Source: Balamuthia mandrillaris
Taxonomy: Eukaryota
Assembly (NCBI GenBank): GCA_031835245.2
Contig: JAVKOQ020000115.1
Span: 124,001 to 163,400 of the forward strand
DNA: 39,400 nucleotides
Reading direction: 5' to 3'
Shown here: positions 11,101-20,500 of the stretch, piece after piece
How the letters are laid out: each line of letters begins with the position of its first letter
Numbering within the stretch: the stretch's first letter is position 1
Notes under the pieces: model-generated
Told to the model about the DNA's origin: nothing
Database searches by the model: none
Seen by the model: only the letters and a program-made list of their open reading frames with translations
Program-made: the position numbers and the translations under genes

Positions 11101-12921
11101 TTCCGACCTCCTTCAAATGGTGAACGATCTCCGCAACGCCGGTGAGATTGAAAAGGCCTATAACATGGCTCAGTTCAGTCAGAAGAAAGTTGCTGAGCTT
11201 CTCGAAAAAAGCCAAGAGCGCACCAAAACAGAACGACAGGTCTATCGCTTGCAATCGTTGGAGGAGCAGCTCACCCACCAACGTAAAGCTCTGGAGACGA
11301 GTGACAAGCAACGACTTAGAGAGCTGTTGGTGCAGACTCGCATGAATCAGAGTCTGGTGCCTCAATATGCTCACATAGATACAAACTCGGCTGATAATCT
11401 TACCAAACAGGCTTGCGATCAAATGATTCATATTGCCCTTCAAGAGCGCGATGATGGTAAGTTGCCTGCCTTTTTTTTTCATTTATTCCTTTCTTCTATT
11501 CCAATCGCAATTTTATTTTGTTTTGTTTAAATATTCTCATCCTTTAATAACCTTTTTTTTTGCTGTTGTTGTTGTTGTTGTTATTGTTTACAAGTTGAGC
11601 AAGAAGTGAAAGACGATCAATCGCTCTCCATGGAAGAAGTGGAGGCCCGCAGACAAGCAGCCAAAGAGAAACTGGAGGCCAAAGTGCAGGAAGCTATCAC
11701 GGACCTACGCATTCCTCGCAACCTCTACGCCATCGCCCAGTTCTTCCACAACAAGCTGGAGTACGGGTTGGTCATCCTGGTCGGTACTCGCTGCCAGGAA
11801 ATCATCGCTGCACTGGAGGCTGAGAACGACAAGCGTGACGCCATTAACCTGGAAATCAACGAGCTGGAGCAGAAGCAAGTGGTCAACCCGAGTGAGGCCC
11901 AAAAACAAAAGATAGAGGAACTGCGACTGGAGTTGGAAGAGTTCCCTGTTGTCTATGATAACAACTACACCCTCGATCAGCTGAACTTGCGCGTAGCCGA
12001 GCTCATGATCAACGCTGGCAAAGTGGAGGAACGAAGCGATGTGCTGAGGGATCAAGCGGTTCTGACTTTCAAGATCAATCCTACTATTCCCAAGTTTGAG
12101 GAGGTGAAGATCCTGACGGACGAGTCGGACTGGCCGGCTGTGAAAAAGGACCTCTTGGCTCACATCTTGAAGCCTGCCTCTTCTCAACAAACCCAATTGG
12201 GAGGATTTAGTTGGAGTCAGGCCACCATTGACCCCAATGCTAAAGTAGAGCTGTTGCTTAATGAAGGGTACGCTTCTCATTTATTTAAAAATTTGTTAAT
12301 ATCTTTTGTTTTGTGTGTGTGTATGTGTGTGTATGTGTGTGTGTGTGTGTGTGTGTAAAGAGCACCTTTGCTTTGTAATTCTTATGTTTTCCTTAATGTT
12401 TTAGCCTGTGGAAGGAAACCATTGCTATCTTCCCAGAGCCTCCTAATGGGTCCTTGGAAATGTTAGAACGCCTTTACTTGGAGGTCGAAAAGAACTCACC
12501 AAAGGCTGTGGAAGACCTTCTTCCCATCATCGAAAAGTACCTCTCTTCTTTTCTTAGCCTTCTTGCAATATTACTGTTAACAATTATTAACCTCTCTTTT
12601 TTCAATAGACATGCTATTCACTCCTACCAGCAGTACATCTTGGACAATCCCAACTTGGATCGGTTATTGGACCAAGTCCAGAAGCGCAACCCCGATTTCA
12701 TCTGTGGCCTGTTTGAGCGTTGCAATGAGAAATTGCTGCTCAACATTATGCCAAAGCAATATGAACCTTTTGCTCGCTATTTGGAGGTGTTCAAAAAAAG
12801 AATCAACGACGATTTGGGACGTGAAGAGGATTGGGAAAACTTTATGGCGGACATTGTGAAGGGTCACAAAGGCAAACGCAAGCTCATGCAAATCATGCAA
12901 CATTCTGGCCTCAAACCCTAA
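5164..12921 (+). CDS. Large (~2,060 aa, ~18 exons) helical/coiled-coil repeat protein; N- and C-terminal blocks resemble bacterial SWIM-zinc-finger-associated proteins
   Basis: Chain of + ORFs (5260, 5538, 6043, 6936, 7267, 7677, 8274, 9038, 9342, 9679, 9944, 10136, 10485, 10886, 11606, 12454) joins in frame through about 17 GT-AG introns, from MADKLP (5164) to ..MQHSGLKP* (12921). Family resemblance is from recalled motifs only. Confidence 0.85.
7568..7631. repeat. (TTCTTG)n/(TTC)n microsatellite in intron 7545-7687
   Basis: Direct reading. Confidence 0.9.
12312..12356. repeat. (TG)n microsatellite, intronic
   Basis: Direct reading. Confidence 0.9.
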
Positions 12922-13137
12922 AACAACTACTTTTTTGTTCATTATTTTGCTTTTCTTTTTACTCTACAACACCTTGAGTCTCTCTTTTGTCTCCTTTCTT
13001 TAAAAACAAAAAGAAATTTGTTATTTTAAAGAGATGTTATTTATTTATCATGGTGAGATAACTTTTAGAACAAGGGTGTCAAGTCGTTTCGAAGCTCGCC
13101 TGTTGTTCTCACCACTTCTTTCTGCAACTCTTACTGA

Positions 13138-13210
13138 GGGGGTGTAGCTCAGATGGTAGAGCGCTCGCTTAGCATGCGAGAGGTAGCCGGATCGATGCCG
13201 GCCTCCTCCA
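13138..13210 (+). tRNA. trnA: tRNA-Ala(AGC)
   Basis: GGGGGTGTAGCTCAGATGGTAGAGCGCTCGCTTAGCATGCGAGAGGTAGCCGGATCGATGCCGGCCTCCTCCA folds as a cloverleaf with anticodon AGC and the G3:U70 Ala identity pair; followed by a T-run Pol III terminator. Confidence 0.97.
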
Positions 13211-13285
13211 ATTCTTTTTTGCTGATTATGTATTTCTTCTTTTTTTTTTTTTGAATCGAGACGTGGTATGTTGTGTGGGTTGAAT

Positions 13286-14183
13286 TCAGGTCTTGACGCT
13301 GCCACCAAAGCCAGTGGGCAGGCCCATCGCCGCAAGCATACGAGTTTCTTCATCTTCCTCCTCTTCCTCTCGTTTTTCTTCATCTTCTTTTTCTTCCCGT
13401 TCTGTTTTGTGGTCATTCTCGTCATCTTTCCTTGGTGCTGTGGTATTGGCTGTTGTTGTGTTGCTGCTCTCTCCATTCCTCCCATCTTTCTTGCGTCGCT
13501 TTCTCTCCTTTCTCTCCTGCTTCCTTCGTTCTTCTTCCTCTCGCAGCCGTTCCATTCGGTCCTCGAAATCTGAGGGTCCAAAGCGGTAAGTATGCAGAAG
13601 ACAGTCAACAATGGAAAAATAGACACAAACAAAGAAGTACAATACCATATTTCTTTCGTTCTTCCTCTTTCTTTCGTTTGCCCATTTGCAATCGTTGCCT
13701 CACCTGTTCTAAAGAGGACCTTTCTGTCCGCATCGAATATCCCAAGGCTCTTAGATCTGAAACAAACACAAAAAAAAAAACGAGCACAAAGAAAGAGACA
13801 GTCAGCAAAACGACACAACATCCCAACAAAAGGCAAGGAAAGGTACGTTTTTTGCCGTTGATGTGATCCAAGAAATTGGCAGAGTCTTTCACGACACAAT
13901 CACAAACGTCGCAGTAGTAGCCTCCCTGTTGGGAGAGAGGAGTGGCAGCATTGAGCGCCACCGACTTACCCAGCTGCGAGTCCAATGTCACCTCGTAGTC
14001 CCTGGCCTTGAGAGGGAGGCGAGGAAGGTCCGGCCGGTAGTCCTTGTGCGCGGGGTGGTCCTTCTCGGGCTCCACCTCCTCGGCCTCCAATTTCTCTCTC
14101 TCCAAGGCCCTCTTGGCAAAGTACTCTTTGTCCCATTTTTTACGAAATGTGTTCACGTCCCTGCTTTCCTTTGGTTCCGCCAT
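13286..14183 (-). CDS. ZMAT2: Zinc finger matrin-type protein 2 / Snu23 (spliceosomal B complex), 3 exons
   Basis: [49 protein letters not shown], C-terminal MAAMGLPTGFGGS-like tail. Confidence 0.95.
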
Positions 14184-14473
14184 GAGCCCACAACAACACA
14201 GAAGAAAGAAAATCTATTTTTGCTACGTCGTATTTGGTGTGTTTGCCTCGTCTTCTTCTTTATTTTTTTGCTTTTCTGCTCCCATAATAAGATTTTGATG
14301 TGTCGACCTATGCATGTCTTGAGCTCCTATGGTGCAGTAAAAAAGCAGAAACTGAGCAGCAGACGTATGGCCTGAAAAAGGAAATATTGGGACCAAAAAA
14401 ACAAAAAAAAAGAGAGAATAGAGAACACAAAAAGAGAACACAAAAAGAGCACACAAAACACAAGGCAGAAGGA

Positions 14474-15547
14474 ATGAACAGCCAGCTGACGGACAGGAAT
14501 GGGGGAGGAGGAGGAGAGGGTTGGTACAAACCCACGGAGGAAGAGATGGCAGAGATCTCTGTGGACGTGAGGGGCTTTGGGCAGGATGAAGAGGGCGCTG
14601 CGGCAGGAGGCTCTTCCTCTGGCGCGTTCAGCTTCTCTGACAATCAACTGGTTTATCAAGTTGCAGGAAGGGTCTGTTTCTGCTGCCCCCCTTTTTCCCT
14701 TTACCTTTCTTTTCTTTTCACTAGTTTCGTTTGCCCTTTCTCTTGTGTTTTGTGTGCTGTTTCTTCTTGGCTGACAAAAGATGCTTTTTGATTTTGATGT
14801 GTAACCACCTGACTGGCGATAGGTGTTTGAAACGGCCAAAAATCAAAGCCTGTTGAACCTGAGTGGCTACTTGGACCACATTCGACCTTACTTTGATGTA
14901 GAACCCAAAACCGTTGCCAGGAGGTGTGTTTCTTTTTAGAAGCTCGCTGCATGCTGTTGTTCTTGTTCTTCTTCTTGTTCTTCTTGTTGTTCTTGTTCTT
15001 GTTCTTCTTCTCGTGCTTCTTGTTCTTGTTCTTGTTCTTGTTCTTGTTCTTGTTCTTGTTCTTGTTCTTGTTCTTGTTCTTGTTCTGCTTCTTGTTCTCT
15101 CTCATACTCATTTTCTTGTAATAATTGTGGTGGTAAGACTCGGGCGCTCATTGGTGCCACGACCCTCTTCAGAGCTTTTGGAAGGCTCACCCGATCTGTA
15201 TGGCCCTCTAGTGCTGGTGCTCACCCTTGTCGCCGTTCTCTTGATGGAAATGAAGCTCAACCATGTCTCCGTTGTACGATCCTCTTTTCTATCCCTCTCT
15301 TCTCTCTCTTTCTCTCGTCTCTTTCTTGCTCATTCTCTCTTTCTTTCGTTCTCTCTATGTGGAAAAAAAAGCAAAGCATTAACACTCAATTTATCCCTTT
15401 GAATAATGAAGAAAGAAGGAACGTTGATGGGAACATCGTTTGCAGTGTGCTTCACGTATTGGTTGGTCGCTTCGTTCGTCTGTAAATTCATCGCCTACCT
15501 TTGCTCAATGCAACTCAGCACCCTCGAGGCTCTTGCTCTTATTGTAC

Positions 15548-15584
<37 letters not shown>

Positions 15585-15987
15585 GTTCTCTAAAATAACA
15601 AACAAAAAGGGATATGGCTTATTTGGATATTGCATAACGTTAACATTGCATTGCTTGTCCTCTTTACTGTCTCTCATTTCGCTGTTTGTGGTGGGAGGTC
15701 TCTCCTCTGCCACTCTTGTACGCATCCCTCTTTTCGGTTTTTTGCTTATCTATTCTCATTCCTTCGTCTTCTTCGTTCTTCTTCCTCCATCTTTTCCTTC
15801 TTCAAAAAAAAAAAAAAAACATGTATAGGGAGCAGTTTTCTTTGGCCAAATCAAAAATAGCAACAAGATGTATGCAATGGTGGCTGGTGGCTGCGTCTTT
15901 GCCCTTCACTTCTTGTTCCTGGCCTACCTTAGATACTTCTATTCTGCCTTCTATGACGCTGCCGCCGATGCCTTCAAACAGATTTAA
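14474..15987 (+). CDS. YIPF3: Yip1-domain Golgi membrane protein, YIPF3-like, 6 exons
   Basis: RPYFDVEP, DLYGPLVLVLTL, EGTLMGTSFAVCFTYW, GYGLFGYCI, VGGLS, ALHFLFLAYL; exons join in frame to TAA at 15985-15987. Confidence 0.9.
14955..15098. repeat. (TTCTTG)n/(TTC)n compound microsatellite in YIPF3 intron 14924-15137
   Basis: Direct reading; it also generates spurious VLVL/FLFL/EQEQ ORFs. Confidence 0.92.
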
Positions 15988-16131
15988 GAGAGCAAAGCCA
16001 CATGGCTATTGCTTTTTCTGCAACGCTTCTTTCTTTTTCTTCTTTTTATTGTTAAAAAAAATAAACCTAAAAAGGACAACCGAACGCCTCTTCAGCAAGA
16101 AGGGGGAATCAGACAAAGGAGACGTTCAAGG

Positions 16132-17455
16132 ATGTGTGGCCCTCCAAACTGCCTCTTGTGCGAGCCTCGCTTTATGCAAAAGCTGAAGGAAGACAGGTTG
16201 ACCCAAATATGGGTTCTTCTTTGGATGCCTCTTCTGATTCTCTGGTTTATCTATTTGGGATTCGCTTTTGACAAACTGGTTCACAGCGAACAAGACCAAA
16301 CCTTTGAGCTGAAGATGCACTTAAAGAACCCCACCCCGTTTCCTGCTTGGACTGTCTGTCCTTCCTCTTCCTCTTCCACCATTACCTTCAAGAACTGCAC
16401 GTTGGGCAGTAACAACACTCAGCTGACGCCAAAGTTGGCCAGCAACAATTGCACCACATACTTCAGCGACAGGAAGATAAAAGCGGGAGAGGGCCACGCT
16501 CAGTGTAACTTTGTCTTTGCCGAACCCAACCAAAGTGGTTATGTCTATGTTCATCACCACACGGTACGTTTCTAAACCTGTCGTTGTTTAGGTGTGTTTC
16601 TTTCGCAAGAACACTCAATATTTCTGTTCTTTTGCTGCTTCAGTACAATCACCTCTTTGAAAACAAGACCGTAGAACAGGCTATCACCAGCCTCTCTACC
16701 ATTCCAAACGGCCTCTTCATTATTCGTACGAATTATATTTTTATGGGCGGATTGTGAAGGGATTGCACCTAACCAAACGTTACACACTACTACACTGCAT
16801 TTTTTTTTTTTTGTTTTGATAGCCATCAAGACCAACGACTACAGCGAAGCCTACTGGAAGAGGTAAAGCGTAGCGCCTGCTCTTACAGAGCTCAATCTTT
16901 TGTTGTCTATCATCGGTCCCTCTCTGATAGTTATTTGAAATGACAGGATAAAGTACTATTTCCTGGATGGACCAACCTACATCGGCTATGAACGTTTAGA
17001 CTTTGATGAGAACCCGTTAGTGTTTTTTTAAATCTTTCTTTGTGTTGAGTGTGGGTGAAGTTTTTATCAACCTGACCTTCATTCTTCTTGGCAAAGGACT
17101 CTCGTGGCATTGAACGCCACATCCTCGGGCTTTGTCCTTAAAGTTGGAGGTATGTTACCTCTCTTTCCTTCATATGCTTTTGCTCACCTTTGTCGTTGAA
17201 AAAGACTATTGGGAAAACCATTACCAACAGGTGCAATGGTACAGCGGCTATGACTTTTGGTACTTCATGGGCATGTTGGGAGGTTCTTCCTTCCTCCTTT
17301 TGATGCTGCACACATGTGCCTTTTATCCCTTCAAGCGCATGTTGGAGAGTGACGAAGAGGGGGCCACTGCAGCTTACACCAGATCCGCCTCTTATACCAC
17401 CGACTCCCCTGCTGTTGGCTCCAGTGGTGTTGGTGGTGGTTATGGTTCGTTGTAA
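16132..17455 (+). CDS. Two-TM membrane protein (~308 aa, 6 exons), DEG/ENaC (amiloride-sensitive channel)-like
   Basis: Exons 16132-16563, 16644-16725, 16823-16862, 16947-17015, 17097-17149 and 17205-17455 join in frame. TM1 IWVLLWMPLLILWFIYLGFAF, post-TM1 FPAWTVCP, ectodomain with NxS/T sequons, TM2 YDFWYFMGMLGGSSFLLLMLHTCAF. The gene model is firm; the family call is less so. Confidence 0.75.
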
Positions 17456-17530
17456 AACACAACAAACGAAAAAAAAAATACAAAACAAACACAAAAAATT
17501 CGACAAGGGGAAAAACTGGTGTAATAAACA

Positions 17531-17561
<31 letters not shown>

Positions 17562-17587
17562 AGAGAACAAAGAGGGTGAGTAAACAA

Positions 17588-20500
17588 TTAGACAAAACCG
17601 AAGCCTTCAGTCTCTCGAATGGCAAACTCCAAGGCCTCCTTTAACCGCTCGTAGGTATCATACTGGGGAAGGTCCAACTGGTTGAAGCAGGTATGCGCAG
17701 AGGGCAACGATCCCTTATTATACGACTTGTGTATTTGGAACTTTTGAGGTCCACTGATGCCTCGCAGGCTCTTGAAGCCATCGATAGGAACGCGGGATGT
17801 TCCGGTGACGAACTGGAGGAGCTTGGCCTTCTCCTCCTCTCCAAAGGAGCGAACGGCATTCCAAAACCACTGAATTTCTTGGTCGTTCTCTGTGAATCCG
17901 GTGTAGACGGTGTTATCCTTGAGGTCGTCGACGTCGATCTCTGGGAGGCCAGAGATGAGCAGCTCCAGCTCCATCTCGTTAAAGATGGAGATAAGCTGCT
18001 TAGGAATGACTTCGTGGAAACCCTCCAGGAAGGCTTGGATCTGACTCTTGATGGAGGTCGTCATGCGCATTTCGGTCACCAGCGTCACATACTCAACTTT
18101 GTTGTCTTCGGTGACTCTGATGGACTTGCCGCCATCTTTTAACTCCACAACCTTCATCGTACCAAAGTCGTCGATCTCGGTGGAGAAGGTGAGGTCGTCC
18201 AACACACCAGTGATGTCGTTGTCTAGGATCCACTTGAGGTTCTTGTAGTACTCAGGGTCGATGGCCTCCATGTCATCCGGACGGACGGGCACGCCCAACA
18301 TGTGCTTATAGAAGCTGCGAGTGAAATGGCAGGGGAGGTATTGACTATCAAAGATAGCTTTACCGATTACCCTTCCCACAAACTTGAAGTAGCTCAAGTG
18401 ATCAGGGTTGATGTAAGAGGAGCGGTTTGGTTGGAAGGTACTGTTGTCCTGCGCTGTCGCTATGAATAGAGCATAGTTGGCATTAAACATCTCCTTGGCG
18501 AGCGTCTCATACCACTCGCGGCTGACACCGCCGGCGTCCACTCCCTCCTCATTTTGGAACTGGACAGAGAGGCGGCCGCGGAGCTCTTCAGGAGTCCTAT
18601 TCCGCATTTGTTGGTAGGAGTCCTCAAAGACTCGCTGCCTTCGCACGCGCAGACGGCAGCCGCCGTAGTAGCTCCTTTCTTTGAGCTTCTGCAACTGGGA
18701 GCGGAAGTATGCGCGTTTGTTGTCAAAGTCGAGAGCCCATGGATACTTCAGCAACACTTTGAAGGAGCCATGCAGCAGTGAAGGATTTTGTCGTACCAAC
18801 TCATTCAACAAATGCCTTTTGCCAGAAAATAATATTTTAGCAAGTGCCGCGGAGAAAAAGAAGAAGAAGAAGAAGAAGAAGAACAAGAAGAAGAAGAAGA
18901 AGAAGAAGAAGAAGAAGAAGAAGAAGAAGAAGAAGAAGAAGAACAAGAACAAGAAGAAGAACAAGAACAAGAACAAGAACAAGAAGAACAAGAAGAAGAA
19001 CAAAAAGAAATGTACCTGTAATTCTCAGCGAAACGAACAAAGCGTGTTTGCAGTTCCGTAAGATTTTGCATGCTCGCTGAGCGAGACAGAGAACTACTCG
19101 AGAGAGTCAAGAGAGAGGGTGATCGTCGTATGCCTCCCGTAGAAGATGTCAACGAAGGCGAAGTGGAAGCCCCTCCCTCCACTATTGCCGCCAGATTATA
19201 GCTGCTAGGAGATCGCTTCACCGGAGCAGGCTCATTGGCATTCACAACAAAGAATACCTCTATAATGGGCAACAAGAGGCTGGCCGTCGGCGATGTCTTA
19301 GCGTCCTTGTCCTTGGCTCGTTCCTTACCTTTGTCTTTCTTTGGATGAGTTAGCGCCTTGCCACCTTGTCCTGTAGTTTTCTCTCTCTCTGCCTCCTCGT
19401 TTAGGGTATCCAAGCAACTCTCCAGCGCGTCCCAAAGTGGATCCAGCTGCAAGCTAGCAAGATAGTCCTCGGAGGGCTTGAAGACAGCGCCGTCATCAAA
19501 GCTATGCAGAGTGGGCAGGCTAACGATGGTCTTCACAATACGCAACAAATTAACCTCGTTGACGGTGGAGGTAGTCGACAGGATCAGCGAAGGATGGTGG
19601 CTCTTCTCCAGCTCGCTATGCAGCATGCGCAGGTTCTCCATTACCACTTCTCCCATCTTCTGGGCGGCGTGGGTTAGCGCTTTCAACAGCACTTCAAGGT
19701 TGGGTTTGTTGGCGGCAAGGTTGGACAGAATCACAGTTGTATGTTTTGCGGTTTGCTCGTTGCAGTGCTCCAAAGCCAGCACGTTCACCAAGCAGTGAAG
19801 CTCTTTGGGAGGGATAAAAGGGCAGAGCTCCTGCAAAGTTAGTTCCTTCTTCGTTGCGTCCTTCCTTTCTTCCTCGTTGACCTTTGTTGCTTCCTCACTA
19901 CTACTGGCAGCAGCAGTAGTCTCAGTTTCCATTGGCGTTGTTGAAGCTTGGGCAGCGCCTTCTTGTGTGGCAGTCATCGTTGAAGATTGGGCATCAGATG
20001 TGGAGGTGCTTGCTGTGGAAGCAGAGGCATCGGCAGAAGCAGTCTCTTGCTTCTTTTGCTGCCTCTCACGCTCTTCACGCTGCCTCTTCTCGCGTTCCTC
20101 CTTTTCCTTCTTCTCTGCACGCAGCTTCTCTTCTTTGGCCCTGCATCGTACCAACGGCTGTATGGCCAACGACAACAGTTGGAGTAGCTGGCTTAACTGA
20201 GCGGTGCTGTTCTGGAATTGACTTATACCTAACAGGCTCAACAATCTAACAAGAGGGCACCACCCAGCCTTCTCGGGCTGGCGGAATTCCATCACAGCTT
20301 CCTGATTGCCTTCACCCTCCAATTTGGCCAGCTTCTGGTCTGCGCCTATGATGAAGTCTGCAATGCGGGGGTTGTTCTTGGCAAGGTGGCACAGGATTTC
20401 CAATACACGCCTTGAGACAATGGAAGGAGGATGCTCCCCTGTATGCATGAACACGCTAATTCCGCCAGGAGATAGAGCTGAGTGCGTGGGCTCTTCCAAG

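Noticed and set aside
13048..13899. 283 aa - strand ORF overlapping the tRNA
   Set aside because: An off-frame read through ZMAT2 exons, introns and the antisense tRNA; no coherent protein
14701..15402. Poly-NK, poly-VL, poly-FL and poly-EQ ORFs (also poly-F/K/R/L at 18681-19080)
   Set aside because: Translations of intronic microsatellites
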